Source of the DNA: Nostoc sp. | GTDB lineage: Bacteria > Cyanobacteriota > Cyanobacteriia > Cyanobacteriales > Nostocaceae | NCBI GenBank assembly: GCA_036918135.1 | Contig: JBALDB010000067.1 | Location: 128,001-192,000 of the forward strand | Direction: 5' to 3' | DNA length: 64,000 bases | In this document: positions 10,117 to 22,063 of the stretch, piece by piece | How the letters are laid out: each line of letters opens with the position of its first letter | Position numbering within the stretch: position 1 is the stretch's first letter | The notes under the pieces: model-generated | Databases searched by the model: none | What the model was told of the DNA's origin: nothing | What the model saw: the letters and a program-made list of their open reading frames with translations, nothing else | Position numbers and translations under genes: made by a program

Positions 10117-11859
10117 ATGCTATTATATAGAAATAAAAAATATTTAATTTTTTTTGACGGATTTATCATCATAGTAGTGATATTATTTTTACTCACCACC
10201 ACTGTGACAGTTAGTTACTCTCAAGAAAAAAATTCTTCTGTCGAGCAAACTTCCGAAGCTGTGAACAAGATAGATGGTACTCCTGTAATTTTAGGAGACA
10301 AAACACTATTTGTTATTCAAAAAAATGTCGGTTCTTTTTCTCCTCAAGAGCGATCGCAAGCAGTTACAAATAGAATAGAAACAATAGCCAACGATCCATC
10401 TATTCATGTTGATGGTTTAAAATTTTTAGACGAACAAGACACTACAAATATCGTCTTAGGAGAGAAACTAATATTTACTCTTACCGATAACGATGCAAAA
10501 GCCGCAGGTAAAAGTAGACAGCAACTGTCTCAAGAATATATACAAATAATCGGTGATTCTATCAATAAGTATAGAAAAGAACGGAGCTTAAGTAATATTT
10601 TAACAGGTCTACTTTACAGTTTTATTTCTACTATAGGTTTATTTATATTTTGGAAAGTATTTAATCATATTTTTCCAAAAATTATTACTAAATTACAGAA
10701 TTGGCCCGGAATTAGGATTCCTGCTATTAGAATTCAAAATATTGAATTTTTACCTGCATCTAGAGTCAGCAGTATTGTAACTAAGATAGTCAAAATACTC
10801 CGCTTGATTTTCATATTAGGGGTTATATATGTCTATGTTTCTTTGGTATTGAGCTTTTTCCCTTGGACAAGACAGCTTAGTTCCAGACTTGTTAGTTATT
10901 TTCTAGCAACTATCTATCAGAGTTGGTTAGCATTTGCAGCTTATTTCCCTAACTTGTTTGCTTTGGGATTAATTTTCTTTATCACCTACTATGTTTTGAA
11001 AATTATTAGACCAATATTTACAAATATACGTAATGAAACTATATCTGTTCCCGGTTTTTATCCCGACTGGGCAGAACCGACATATAAACTAGTATTCTTT
11101 TTAATCATCGCCTTAGCATGTGTGTTAGCTTTTCCCTATTTACCGGGATTTGGTTCACCAGCTTTTCAGGGAATATCGGTATTTTTAGGTATTCTGTTTT
11201 CGTTAGGTTCTACAGCAGTAGTTGCGAACGTTGTTGCTGGAACTATTCTAATTTATACCCGTGCTTTTCAGATTGGCGATCGCATTAAAATTGGTGATGC
11301 TATGGGCGATATTGTAGAAAAAACTTTGTTAGTAACCCGTGTTCGTACTATCAAGAATGTAATAATTACTATTCCTAACGCAACTGTACTAACTAGCCAA
11401 ATTATCAACTATAGCGCTCTAGCTCAAGACCCTAATTATCATTTAATTTTACATACTACGGTAACGCTCGGTTATGATTTACCTTGGCGTAAAGTGCATC
11501 AAGTTTTGATTGATGCTGCGCTAGCAACGAAAGACATTTTAGCAGAACCTGTTCCTTTTGTGTTGCAAACTAGTTTAGATGATTTCTATGTTAGCTATGA
11601 ATTAAACGCCTATACAAATAAGCCAACGGTGATGGCAAGTATTTATTCACAACTACACCAAAATCTTCAAGATAAATGCAACGAAGCAGGAATTGAAATT
11701 CTCTCTCCCCATTATTCAGCTATTCGGGATGGAAATCAAATTACTATACCAGAAAATTATTTGTCTCAAGATTATCAAGCACCAGGCTTTCGTCTCTCTC
11801 CCCTAGATAAATTATTTCAGCAGTTCAACAGAAATAATACACCAAAGTCGGGTGAATAA
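10117..11859 (+). CDS. MscS-family mechanosensitive channel with N-terminal extension
   Basis: ANVVAGTILIYTRAFQIGDRI, RVRTIKNVIITIPN, NEAGIEILSPH; ATG at 10117 preferred over TTG at 10078. Confidence 0.9.
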   Translation: MLLYRNKKYLIFFDGFIIIVVILFLLTTTVTVSYSQEKNSSVEQTSEAVNKIDGTPVILGDKTLFVIQKNVGSFSPQERSQAVTNRIETIANDPSIHVDGLKFLDEQDTTNIVLGEKLIFTLTDNDAKAAGKSRQQLSQEYIQIIGDSINKYRKERSLSNILTGLLYSFISTIGLFIFWKVFNHIFPKIITKLQNWPGIRIPAIRIQNIEFLPASRVSSIVTKIVKILRLIFILGVIYVYVSLVLSFFPWTRQLSSRLVSYFLATIYQSWLAFAAYFPNLFALGLIFFITYYVLKIIRPIFTNIRNETISVPGFYPDWAEPTYKLVFFLIIALACVLAFPYLPGFGSPAFQGISVFLGILFSLGSTAVVANVVAGTILIYTRAFQIGDRIKIGDAMGDIVEKTLLVTRVRTIKNVIITIPNATVLTSQIINYSALAQDPNYHLILHTTVTLGYDLPWRKVHQVLIDAALATKDILAEPVPFVLQTSLDDFYVSYELNAYTNKPTVMASIYSQLHQNLQDKCNEAGIEILSPHYSAIRDGNQITIPENYLSQDYQAPGFRLSPLDKLFQQFNRNNTPKSGE

Positions 11860-11892
11860 TTTCAACAGTACGACACTCAGAAAATTTTACGA

Positions 11893-12638
11893 TTAATTCC
11901 AATTTTTCACACCACTGTTGGAGTTTAAAGCTTTGATAACAGCTTGATACCGTTCTTGTACGTCTTTGCAGTCTAGTTCTTCTGACAAACCGTCTTTGCT
12001 ACCGCGCAAAATCATGTCAGCATGACGCTGTAAAACTGCTTGGTATTCTGGATTGTTAGTGTAAGTTGCAATATTAGCGATCGCTTCTAATAAACGAATG
12101 GTTACTGATGCATCAGATCGTGCATATTGCCGAATTCCATTAAAGGCATTATCAACCAATCCTTCAAATGTCACTGTATAAGCGATCGCACGTAATTTCC
12201 GATCTTCATCGTAACGGTAGGGTGAAGGAAAATCTTTTTGGGCTAAACCTCACCATGAATAGTCCGCAGTATGAGCAAGCAGTAAATAAACGTACCTATA
12301 AATGTTCCTAGGACAATTTGATTAGCAGTATCTTGCATGAAATTACGTAGAAGCCGCGGCCTAAAACTGGAAGCAGCTAGCTGAAGCGCCACGATTGTAA
12401 TTGAAAAAGCTGTAGCAGCAACGCTAATCATCGAGCCTACAACCGCTCCTAAAAGCGATCGCGCTCCGTCTGCTCCACCAGTATAGCTCCACCAATAATT
12501 AACATTTGCCTTACCTGTGCGATCGAGCATTAATATTGTAAATGCCAAGGCAGTAGCAACTATAGCCATAATTGAGGGAATGAACCAGTAACTTGAGTGG
12601 AGCGTATCCCACAGTTTGCCCAACTTTATATTTTTCAT
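11893..12638 (-). pseudogene. DUF2254-family membrane protein, internally deleted and frameshifted
   Basis: N-terminal piece (SSYWFIP, ADGARSLL, FSITIVALQLAASSFRPRLLRNF) stops at 12243. The C-terminal piece (FPSPYRYDEDRKLR...FNGIRQYAR) starts at the same junction in another frame. The total is far shorter than the family norm. Confidence 0.8.
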
Positions 12639-13003
12639 GTTTCTTTATTGATTGTTGGAGAATCTACCTTACTATTACCACCATCTTGCTTTTGAGCGAG
12701 TAACCTGAGAGAATCCGTAATCCGGCGCGGCTTTGGTACTTCACGTTGACGGGAGCGATGGCACGCCACAAATGCTGCTGAACTTAGCCATTTGGCATTG
12801 CTCAATCGCTACAGAGCCTCATTGTCTCCTTCTGATGCCTAGCAACTACAATTCTTCACCTCACTCTTGTGCTAGTTTATCCCTACCACTTTGTCAAAAT
12901 TTAGATGCGTTTGTCCTGAAACCGCAGCTGACCACAAGCATTTAAACTTTGGTGACTCAGTACTCAGTGCTTTCAATTTTGTTCTCCTCTAAAAAGCAAA
13001 ACT

Positions 13004-13897
13004 ATGGTCTATGATTGGGTGAGTTTTAGGAAAAATTACGTGAGAAAAAACTGCCCTAAGCCTCAAAAGATAATTGGTATTGTCACAATCATCAGTTCTG
13101 TTGCTAATTTCGCCACAGCTTGTAGCACTGCACCAAATACTTTCTCAAAGATGAATCAGCCCGTACATTTATCGCGAACTCTACAGATTCCAACAAAACA
13201 GCTTCACAAACTAGTTAACTCTCACTTGTTGTCACCAGCCAAAGTAGAAAACCTTACCTTTACCGTACCAACTAAATATCAGGGAAAAATTGTTTATCAC
13301 GCCCAACTTCATAACAATGATAAAGTTATTGCTCTGACTATTGATGATGGCCCTTGGCAAAATACAACCTCACAAATCTTAGATATACTCGATAAAAATC
13401 AAGTTAAGGCAACATTTTTTTTGGTGGGACAAGCCTTACAAGAACATCCCGACCTTGCAAAGCGAGAAGTAGCTGAGGGATATGTTATTGGTAATCATAC
13501 TTGGCATCATTGGTATCGACGAATGGATGAAGCCACAGCCAAGAGTGAAATTGAACGCACAGCTGACCTGATTTATAAAACTACAGGTGTCAAAACTTCT
13601 TTGTTTCGTCCTCCAGGAGGCTTTTTAAACAATGGACTAGCCACCTATGCTAAAAGCCAGAAAGATACTATAGTGATGTGGTCGTTAACTTCGGCTGATA
13701 CTGACCCTCACGCTAAACCTCAAGCATTTGTAAATAATGTGTTGAAAGGTGCTAAACCCGGTTCTATTGTTTTAATGCACGATGGCGGGGGGAATCGGGA
13801 AAGAACTGTACAAGCTTTACCACAAATCATTAGTGGACTTAAACAGCAAGGCTACCGATTTGTAACAGTTCCTCAACTGCTGGAAATGAATCAATAA
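13004..13897 (+). CDS. Polysaccharide deacetylase (NodB/CE4)
   Basis: ALTIDDGP, GNHTWHH, FRPPGG, IVLMHDGGG. Confidence 0.93.
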   Translation: MVYDWVSFRKNYVRKNCPKPQKIIGIVTIISSVANFATACSTAPNTFSKMNQPVHLSRTLQIPTKQLHKLVNSHLLSPAKVENLTFTVPTKYQGKIVYHAQLHNNDKVIALTIDDGPWQNTTSQILDILDKNQVKATFFLVGQALQEHPDLAKREVAEGYVIGNHTWHHWYRRMDEATAKSEIERTADLIYKTTGVKTSLFRPPGGFLNNGLATYAKSQKDTIVMWSLTSADTDPHAKPQAFVNNVLKGAKPGSIVLMHDGGGNRERTVQALPQIISGLKQQGYRFVTVPQLLEMNQ

Positions 13898-14088
13898 ATT
13901 CTAAGTAAATACACATAGAAAAATTTTAGATAAGTGCTTGGAGAATTGAGAGCGCAACTAGTCATATCATATCCAGTTGAAGACTTAGGACATGATATTA
14001 GAGAGAATTTAAAAAACACTTGATATAGAGCTGTGCGATCGCCTGATAATAATGAAGAAAGATTAAGCAGATCGTCAGAAAACTCTCA

Positions 14089-14772
14089 ATGAGCCAGACT
14101 AGTCTAAATTTAATTGCAATATCTATCTTTGCGATCACCCTATCGGCACTGTTGGGGCCATTCATCAATTTATCGCCGACAGTACCAGCGCTTGTTACCT
14201 TCGCCGTCTTGGGAATAGCGACTTTTGACAATTTTAGCTTGCAGGGCAAGGGCGGTACAATCTTTTTAGATTGGATTGCTGGTTTTTCAAGTGAACATCG
14301 CGATCGCGTTATCCACCATGAAGCAGGACATTTCTTAGTTGCTCATCTGTTGGGTATTCCCGTTATCGGCTACACTCTCAGTGCTTGGGAAGCCTTGAAG
14401 CAGGGGCAAGGAGGGCTAGGGGGTGTTACCTTTGATGATACGGAATTAGCATCTCAATTAGAAGTAGGTAAAATCAGTGCCCAAATGCTAGACCGCTACT
14501 GCACTGTTTGGATGGCGGGTATTGCTGCGGAAACTCTAGTTTTTGATAATACTGAGGGAGGAACTGACGATAAAAATAAGTTGATAAAAGTCTTGAAAAT
14601 TTTAGGTTTTTCTGAGTCAGTTTATCAACAAAAACAGCGGTTTCATACCCTACAAGCAAAAACCCTGCTGCAAGAAAATTGGTCTAGCTATGAGGCTTTA
14701 GTTAACGCCATGCGAGAACGCAATTCGGTAGAAGATTGTCGTGAAAAGTTGGGAGTCGTGAGTCGGGAATGA
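14089..14772 (+). CDS. Membrane-anchored Zn metalloprotease-like protein (FtsH M41-type protease domain, no AAA domain)
   Basis: Two N-terminal TM segments, HEAGH motif, MAGIAAE. Confidence 0.8.
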   Translation: MSQTSLNLIAISIFAITLSALLGPFINLSPTVPALVTFAVLGIATFDNFSLQGKGGTIFLDWIAGFSSEHRDRVIHHEAGHFLVAHLLGIPVIGYTLSAWEALKQGQGGLGGVTFDDTELASQLEVGKISAQMLDRYCTVWMAGIAAETLVFDNTEGGTDDKNKLIKVLKILGFSESVYQQKQRFHTLQAKTLLQENWSSYEALVNAMRERNSVEDCREKLGVVSRE

Positions 14773-14841
14773 TGGAGGGACAAAAGCAGGATAATAACTC
14801 CTAACTCAACACTCTCTATGCCCTATGCTCATTCCCCACTT

Positions 14842-15867
14842 TTACGAAGATACAGCTTTTAGATGTGGGACATGAGATAAGTACTTTGAGTCAATAACCC
14901 GATTACGCCCAGCAGTTTTAGCCTGTAGTAAGCATTGGTCAGCACGATGGATTAGACTTTCTCCTTGTTCGTCATCGTCAGCTTCTAAACAGGCTGTACC
15001 CAAGCTAATGGTGATATTAATTGTCTGTTTATCACTGAGTGCAAATGGTTCATCACTGACTACGCGATTCAGACGACGGGCTACGATTAGTGCTTCGTCA
15101 CCATTAGTGTTAGCCAGAAGAATCACAAATTCTTCACCACCATAACGAAATGCAGTGTCTTGAGAGCGGAGATTTTGTCGTAGACGCTGAGACAGCATTT
15201 GCAAAAGGCGATCGCCAACTAAATGCCCATAAGTGTCATTAACTTTTTTGAAATGATCTACATCCAAAATAATCAAACTCAGGGAAGTTTTCTGAGTTCT
15301 GGCTTTTTTAATTTGCCTGGGTAAATCCCATTCTAAAGCACGGCGATTATTTAATTGTGTCAATGAATCGGCTAAGGCGATCGCTGATAATAAATCATTT
15401 GTCCGAATCAAATCTCGGTATTTTTGCGCTTTCCGCAAGCCAACGCTTAATTGAGCAAGTATTAGCCCACGATCGGCAGTCAATTCTGCCAAACTATGGT
15501 CTGCTCTTTCATCAATCAAATGCCAAATATAAGCATCAGCTCCTTGGTTTAACGCCGCAGCAGTCATCTCTAATTCCTTCTGCCAACCATACTTTTTTCT
15601 ATCAATCAGTTGTTGGAGACGATCCTCGAAGAGAATACAGTATATCCACGATAGTTTTGTTTGCTCCTTCAACCAATTGCATAATTCCATGCTGCTATCT
15701 AGGCTAGCCTGCACAAGTATGATATCAGGGGGTGTCATTTGAATGTACGATACCGCCTGATTTAGATTCTCTATAACTTCTATATTAAAAGCGATCGTAT
15801 GATGTAACTGATCTGGAAGTGTGTTGCGAAAGTTCTTATTTCCAAAAACCAAAATGGAAATATTCAT
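14842..15867 (-). CDS. Diguanylate cyclase with N-terminal receiver-like domain
   Basis: DSLTQLNNRR, DVDHFKKVNDTYGH, RYGGEEF, AKTAGRN. Confidence 0.9.
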   Translation of the reverse strand: MNISILVFGNKNFRNTLPDQLHHTIAFNIEVIENLNQAVSYIQMTPPDIILVQASLDSSMELCNWLKEQTKLSWIYCILFEDRLQQLIDRKKYGWQKELEMTAAALNQGADAYIWHLIDERADHSLAELTADRGLILAQLSVGLRKAQKYRDLIRTNDLLSAIALADSLTQLNNRRALEWDLPRQIKKARTQKTSLSLIILDVDHFKKVNDTYGHLVGDRLLQMLSQRLRQNLRSQDTAFRYGGEEFVILLANTNGDEALIVARRLNRVVSDEPFALSDKQTINITISLGTACLEADDDEQGESLIHRADQCLLQAKTAGRNRVIDSKYLSHVPHLKAVSS

Positions 15868-17104
15868 TGCTTTTTTACAGGATTTAAAATTTAAGGAGAT
15901 TAAACTACTAAAACTATGTTGCTCTTGTTGCTTAATACTAAATTTCTCGAATCAGGTAAAAGTAAAAAGTAAAATGAGTTATAAATAACAATAGTTCCCA
16001 GATTGTAATTCTATTCTGGAAAAGTTTTATTTTTCAGTTCTACTTTTATCTTTTTATTTTTTAATGATGCTTTTGGCTCATCTATGTTTCTTGTTATTTG
16101 AGTTTTTAACGCTAAATTTAAAAAAAACTCTTAATTTTAATCTCCTCTTAATAGTTCCTATTTATTACTCTAGTTTCTGAAAATCATATTTATAATAAAT
16201 AATGTCTTCTTTACACAATATTTTTAAAACAGTATAAATACTGAACATTTCATATCCATCTAAAAAGCATTACTGTAGTTTATGGGATATTATTTATTTG
16301 AATAAATTATCAACGTAGATATTTTTAATAATCATCATATTTGCCAGCAAAATTGCTGATAAATTAAAAAATAAAAATTTTCTAAAGTTTTTTATTCAAC
16401 CGTAAAAACCGAAGTTCCTCAATAAGATAGATACTAATTCGAGTAAATCAAATGTAATACTCCTTTATGTGACTCCTAAAATAAAAGAGACTTTTACTCT
16501 CCGTAAAAGCTTTGAGAAGCGGTTTCGAGGGTTAAGCCTATTTATATTTTTTCCAATTTACCTACAGCATATTTTAGAAATCTAACAGGCTTGACACTAA
16601 GTTTTGAGACTTAAATTGTGTATTTCACTTTTCGGAAAATTCGCTTTATTTAGTATTTCCACTTAAGCCTTTCCCTTTAGAGATTAGGCATTGATTGAGT
16701 ATTCTGAAAAATCAAAAAGGTTAATCAATTATTGCAAAACCACCTCAGATAGAAGAAGTTTTCACAAATAGTAATTCCCCCTACAATTCCAAAAAAACTT
16801 GTAGGGCAATAAATTTATAATTTTAGTCAGCTTTGAGACAAAGTTTTAGAATGTGCTACCAGCACAAAAAATTTTCTATCTACGCCTTTGTGTATGTGTT
16901 GATTTTATTCACATTTTTTAATTTCCGATAAATATATCAATGTACAAAACAAAGCTAAATAAAAAACCAGATTTTAAAATGTCTTCTAATGGGGAGAGAT
17001 TAGTTAAATTCCACTTTCCGAAAGAGTAAAAATTAGAGAAAAAGGTTTTATTAGCGTAGCCTAAATTATCAAGATGTCAACTTTTGTAAAATGTGAGAAT
17101 TGGA

Positions 17105-17305
17105 TTAGTAACCTTCAACAGCGTAACCAGCAGCAACAATTACTTGCTTGATTGACTCTTCAGAAGCTGTGGATTCTACGGTGACAGTTTTAGCGTTAAC
17201 ATCGACATTGACCTTAGCATCAGGTTCCATAACCTGGATTGATTCAGTAATTGTTTCTGCACATCCGTCACAAGCAATATTTGATACTTTCAGTTTTAGT
17301 GCCAT
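17105..17305 (-). CDS. Heavy-metal-associated (CopZ/Atx1-like) chaperone
   Basis: 66 aa, IACDGC CxxC motif, C-terminal AAGY. Confidence 0.85.
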   Translation of the reverse strand: MALKLKVSNIACDGCAETITESIQVMEPDAKVNVDVNAKTVTVESTASEESIKQVIVAAGYAVEGY

Positions 17306-17570
17306 TTTTTACCTAGATATGGAGTTTTTAAATTATTTCTTAAGGATTAATTTAAACCAGTGTTTGGCGATCGCACATCCTACCAGAGTAAGGTAATAGC
17401 CTCAAACGATCGCAATCGCTGGATTTAGCTCACCGAGTAGCACAGTTGGCTGGCAGTAACATCAAACAAAATGCAAAATATATATATAAAGCTACTAATA
17501 GAAATACACCCACTGCCAAAGCAAAAGTCAAAAGTCAGCTCGTAGTTGACTGTTGAGTGTTAACTGTTCA

Positions 17571-17626
17571 CCGTCATCAGTCAACCGTCATCAGTCAACC
17601 GTCATCAGTCAACCATCATCAGTCAA
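17571..17626. repeat. 14-bp tandem repeat x4 upstream of alaS
   Basis: ccgtcatcagtcaa x3 plus ccatcatcagtcaa. Confidence 0.85.
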
Positions 17627-17641
17627 AAGTTAAAAACTCCC

Positions 17642-20284
17642 ATGTCTTCAAATCCCCAACACCTAAGCGGTAACGAAATTCGCCAAATATTTCTCGACTT
17701 CTTTGCTCAACGGGATCACCAAGTTCTACCAAGTGCCTCCCTCGTGCCAGAAGACCCAACCGTGCTGCTGACGATCGCGGGGATGCTACCATTTAAGCCG
17801 ATATTCCTGGGACAGCGCATACCAGAATTTAAACGGGCTACGACTTCCCAAAAGTGTATCCGCACCAACGATATCGAAAACGTCGGACGCACCAAACGAC
17901 ATCACACGTTCTTTGAAATGCTGGGTAACTTCAGCTTTGGTGATTATTTTAAAGAACAAGCGATCGCTTGGGGTTGGGAAATTTCCACCAAAGTCTTTGG
18001 CTTTTCTCCCCAAAACCTTGTTGTCAGCGTTTTTGAAGATGATGACGAAGCCTTTGGCATTTGGCGCGATTTAATTGCTGTGCCGATAGCAAGAATTAAG
18101 CGCATGGGTGCAGATGATAATTTTTGGGTATCCGGGCCGACTGGGCCTTGCGGCCCTTGTTCGGAGATTTATTACGACTTCCACCCCGAACGCGGCGACG
18201 AAAATATAGATTTAGAAGACGATACCCGGTTTATCGAGTTCTATAATCTCGTCTTCATGCAATATAACCGGGATGCTGAGGGCAATTTAACACCACTGCA
18301 AAACAAGAACATTGACACCGGCATGGGTTTGGAAAGAATGGCGCAAATTCTCCAAAAAGTGCCGAATAACTACGAAACTGACTTGATTTTTCCAATTATC
18401 CAAACAGCAGCCCAAATTGCTGGTATTAATTACCACAGTAGCGATGAAAAAACCAAAGTTTCCCTAAAAGTCATTGGCGACCACGTTCGGGCTGTCGTTC
18501 ACATGATTGCTGATGAAATTCGCGCCTCTAACGTTGGAAGAGGTTATGTGCTGCGGCGATTAATTCGGCGGGTAGTGCGTCATGGGCGATTAATTGGAAT
18601 TACTGATGAATTTACTACCCAAGTTGCTGAAAGAGCGATCGCTCTTTCAGAATCAGCTTATCCTAATGTGCGGCAACGGGAAGCAGCAATCAAAGCTGAG
18701 TTGCAACGTGAAGAATCTAATTTCCTGAGAACGCTGGATAGAGGCGAAAAACTCCTAGAAGAAATCATCCAAGAGGTGAAACAGCAAGGCAAAACCTCTA
18801 TTAGCGGTGAAAGTGCCTTTACTTTATACGACACTTACGGTTTTCCTCTAGAACTTACTCAAGAAATCGCCGAAGAAAATCATCTGACAGTGGATGAAGC
18901 AGGCTTTGATACGGAAATGCAAAAGCAGGTGGAACGTGCCAAAGCAGCACATGAAAGCATCGATTTAACTGTACAAGGTTCCTTGGACAAATTAGCAGAA
19001 CACATCCACGCCACTGAGTTTTTAGGTTATACCCAACCGACGACCACAGCCAAAGTCGAAGCAATTTTGGTCGAAGGTGTTTCCCAAGAGGAAGCAGAAG
19101 CCGGAACACAAGTACAAATCGTCCTCGACCAAACGCCATTTTATGCTGAATCTGGGGGACAAATCGGCGATCGCGGTTATATCTCCGGTGATGGGATTGT
19201 GATTCGCGTAGAAGATGTGAAGAAAGAGTCTGATTTCTTTGTTCACTTCGGACGCATCGAACGCGGTACACTGCGTGTAGGAGATGCTGTAACAGCGCAA
19301 ATTGACCGCGCATGTCGGCGTCGCGCCCAAGCTAACCATACTGCAACCCACTTACTGCAAGCGGCGTTGAAGAAAATTGTCGATGAGGGCATATCACAAG
19401 CGGGTTCCCTAGTTTCCTTTGATAGATTGCGCTTTGACTTCAACTGTCCGCGTGCATTGACAGCAGAAGAAGTGCAACAAATTGAAGAACAGGTAAATAC
19501 TTGGATTGCTGAGGCGCATACAGCAAAAGTGGAGGTATTACCTTTAGCAGAAGCCAAAGCTAGGGGTGCGGTTGCCATGTTTGGGGAAAAATACGGTGAG
19601 GATGTACGAGTAATTGACTTCTCCAGCGTATCAATGGAATTGTGTGGCGGCACTCATGTCAGTAATACTGCTGAAATTGGCGTGTTTAAGATTATTTCCG
19701 AAGCTGGAATTGCTTCTGGGGTGCGGCGGATTGAAGCAGTTTCGGGGCCAGCGGTGTTAGATTATCTCAACCTGCGGGATAAAGTAGTTAAAGATTTGAG
19801 CGATCGCTTTAAAGTTAAACCCGAAGAATTACCAGATAGAATCACCAGTCTGCAAACCGAACTTAGAACCAGCCAGAAAGAATTGGAAAGCTTGAAGGTA
19901 CAATTAGCGATCGCAAAATCTGACAGCTTACTACAAACAGCCCAAATTGTCGGCGATTCTAAAATAATTGTCGCCCAATTAGAAGACGTTGATGCAGAAT
20001 CATTGAAAACCGCAGCCGAACGCTTGCTGCAAAAAATCGGTAACGGTGCGGTGGTACTGGGTTCTGTTCCCGAAGCTGGAAAAGTTAGCATAGTTGCGGC
20101 TTTTAGTCCAGAAGTTAACAAAAAAGGACTGCAAGCTGGTAAATTTGTCGGTAATATTGCTAAAATCTGCGGCGGCGGTGGCGGCGGAAGACCAAACTTA
20201 GCCCAAGCCGGGGGTAGAGATGCGAGTAAATTACCAGAAGCATTGGCGCAAGCCCAAAGTGAGTTAAAGTCTGCTTTGGGTTAA
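17642..20284 (+). CDS. alaS: Alanine--tRNA ligase
   Basis: [35 protein letters not shown], editing motifs HTATH and [21 protein letters not shown]. Confidence 0.99.
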   Translation: MSSNPQHLSGNEIRQIFLDFFAQRDHQVLPSASLVPEDPTVLLTIAGMLPFKPIFLGQRIPEFKRATTSQKCIRTNDIENVGRTKRHHTFFEMLGNFSFGDYFKEQAIAWGWEISTKVFGFSPQNLVVSVFEDDDEAFGIWRDLIAVPIARIKRMGADDNFWVSGPTGPCGPCSEIYYDFHPERGDENIDLEDDTRFIEFYNLVFMQYNRDAEGNLTPLQNKNIDTGMGLERMAQILQKVPNNYETDLIFPIIQTAAQIAGINYHSSDEKTKVSLKVIGDHVRAVVHMIADEIRASNVGRGYVLRRLIRRVVRHGRLIGITDEFTTQVAERAIALSESAYPNVRQREAAIKAELQREESNFLRTLDRGEKLLEEIIQEVKQQGKTSISGESAFTLYDTYGFPLELTQEIAEENHLTVDEAGFDTEMQKQVERAKAAHESIDLTVQGSLDKLAEHIHATEFLGYTQPTTTAKVEAILVEGVSQEEAEAGTQVQIVLDQTPFYAESGGQIGDRGYISGDGIVIRVEDVKKESDFFVHFGRIERGTLRVGDAVTAQIDRACRRRAQANHTATHLLQAALKKIVDEGISQAGSLVSFDRLRFDFNCPRALTAEEVQQIEEQVNTWIAEAHTAKVEVLPLAEAKARGAVAMFGEKYGEDVRVIDFSSVSMELCGGTHVSNTAEIGVFKIISEAGIASGVRRIEAVSGPAVLDYLNLRDKVVKDLSDRFKVKPEELPDRITSLQTELRTSQKELESLKVQLAIAKSDSLLQTAQIVGDSKIIVAQLEDVDAESLKTAAERLLQKIGNGAVVLGSVPEAGKVSIVAAFSPEVNKKGLQAGKFVGNIAKICGGGGGGRPNLAQAGGRDASKLPEALAQAQSELKSALG

Positions 20285-20331
20285 TTTCTTGTAGGGCATC
20301 TTACGTGTCTTGAAAATCTTAATACAAATGC

Positions 20332-20370
20332 TAGGGTGGATTATTTTCTGCATAATCTACCCTACTATTT
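20332..20370 (+). terminator. Putative hairpin terminator after alaS
   Basis: tagggtggattat / ataatctacccta 13-bp stem followed by a T-rich tract. Confidence 0.45.
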
Positions 20371-20445
20371 GTATTCAATGATTTAGTACGCATGAACTAA
20401 TTTACGTGTTATCCTTGATCAACTGTATTTCTTGAACTAAGTTTT

Positions 20446-22011
20446 ATGTGGATTTCTGAAATTAACTTGACCAACTTTAGATGCTTTTCAGATATGAGTA
20501 TTGAATTGTCTAAAGGAATTAATTTAATAATAGGTTCAAATAATTCTGGGAAATCAAGTTTGTTGAAATCAATATTATGGCTTCAAAAAGGCTTTGGCTT
20601 GGATTACAAAGATTTACGAATATCCCAAAATAACGGATATGTCCAAGTGTGGATAAAGGAAGTAAATCAAGACTTTTTGAATCGAAATCCTGGACAAGAA
20701 GTTTTATTTAAATTAAATATATTAAGAAATAATACTGCTCTCTATTTAATCACTAATGCAGGAGAGACTTTTTTGACAACTAACGATTTTCAAACAGAGC
20801 AAATTTTTAATGAAGAACCTAGAAATTTTATATATCCATATCTCTCTAAAAGAAAGGTTGCAGGTTTTCACGAATCAATAAATTTGAGTGCGGCAAATTC
20901 AGTTAGAGGTGATTTATATAATTTATATGCAAAAATTGACCGCATATCTAATTCTCAAATGCCAGCAAATGAACAATATGTTCAAGCTTGTCAAGATATA
21001 ATAGGTTTCCAAGTGACGTCAACTCCTTCGCCAAATGGTAAGCAGGCTGCTTATATAGTGAGCAATCAGGAAAATATACCATTAGATGCAATGGGTGAAG
21101 GTGTTGCTAATTTGGTTGGACTAATTGTAGATTTATGCATGGCTGAAAATAAGTTATTTTTAATTGAAGAACCAGAAAATGATGTGCATCCAAAAGCATT
21201 AAAGAAACTTCTGAATTTAATTACTAATAAATCTATAAATAATCAGTTTATAATTACAAGTCACTCTAATATAGTTGCTAAATATTTGGGAGCGTATCCG
21301 AATTCTAAGCTTTTTTCAGTATCAATGGAGTTTCAAAATCGACTACCAACATCGTATATAGAAGAGATAGATAATACTCCAGAAGCTAGACGACAGGTTC
21401 TTGAAGAGCTAGGATATGATTTTTTCGATTTTGATTTATGGTCAGCTTGGCTAATTCTTGAAGAATCTTCAGCAGAAAGAATAATCAGAGATTATCTTAT
21501 ACCTTGGTTTTTTCCTGAGTTAAAAGGTAGGCTACGTACATACTCAGCTAATTCGCTTAGTGAAGTTGAAACTAAGTTTAAAGATTTTGATAAATTATTT
21601 GTTTTCTTACATCTGCAACCAATTTATAAAAATTTAGCTTGGGTAGTTGTAGATGCAGGAGAAGAAGAAGCGAAAATTATTGAAAAATTAAAAAGTAAGT
21701 ATACTTCCAGTGGCTGGAATGAGAGTAATTTTCTTCAGTTTTCTGAGCATGATTTTGAAAAATATTATCCACAAGAGTTTCAAGGAAAAGTAGATATTAT
21801 TCTACAAATGTCTGGAGGCAAACATCGACAGCAAAACAAAAAAGTTCTTCTTGAAGAAGTAATTAATTGGATTTCAAATAATCCTAAAGAAGCAAAAGAT
21901 GCGTTTCAAGATTCTGCTTCAGATGTTATTCAGGTTCTTCAACAGATACAATGTTGCTTGAGTATAAATTCATCGTTGAAGTTCAAATCAAATGTAGAAA
22001 GTTACAGTTAA
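20446..22011 (+). CDS. ABC-type ATPase with TOPRIM-like C-terminal domain (OLD-family nuclease-like)
   Basis: LTNFRCF start, Walker A GSNNSGKS, MGEG signature, Walker B LIEEPE, H-loop ITSHS, TOPRIM-like ILEESSAE and VVVDAG. Confidence 0.72.
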   Translation: MWISEINLTNFRCFSDMSIELSKGINLIIGSNNSGKSSLLKSILWLQKGFGLDYKDLRISQNNGYVQVWIKEVNQDFLNRNPGQEVLFKLNILRNNTALYLITNAGETFLTTNDFQTEQIFNEEPRNFIYPYLSKRKVAGFHESINLSAANSVRGDLYNLYAKIDRISNSQMPANEQYVQACQDIIGFQVTSTPSPNGKQAAYIVSNQENIPLDAMGEGVANLVGLIVDLCMAENKLFLIEEPENDVHPKALKKLLNLITNKSINNQFIITSHSNIVAKYLGAYPNSKLFSVSMEFQNRLPTSYIEEIDNTPEARRQVLEELGYDFFDFDLWSAWLILEESSAERIIRDYLIPWFFPELKGRLRTYSANSLSEVETKFKDFDKLFVFLHLQPIYKNLAWVVVDAGEEEAKIIEKLKSKYTSSGWNESNFLQFSEHDFEKYYPQEFQGKVDIILQMSGGKHRQQNKKVLLEEVINWISNNPKEAKDAFQDSASDVIQVLQQIQCCLSINSSLKFKSNVESYS

Positions 22012-22063
22012 TGAGATCCAACGATATCCTTTAAAATACTTAAATCAAGTTATAGAGTAAGTA

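Noticed and set aside
12733..12945. 70-aa ORF
   Set aside because: No recognisable motif, TTG start, atypical composition
15868..17104. Long AT-rich intergenic region as a riboswitch or ncRNA
   Set aside because: No recognisable conserved RNA motif or convincing stem by eye; an Rfam search would be needed
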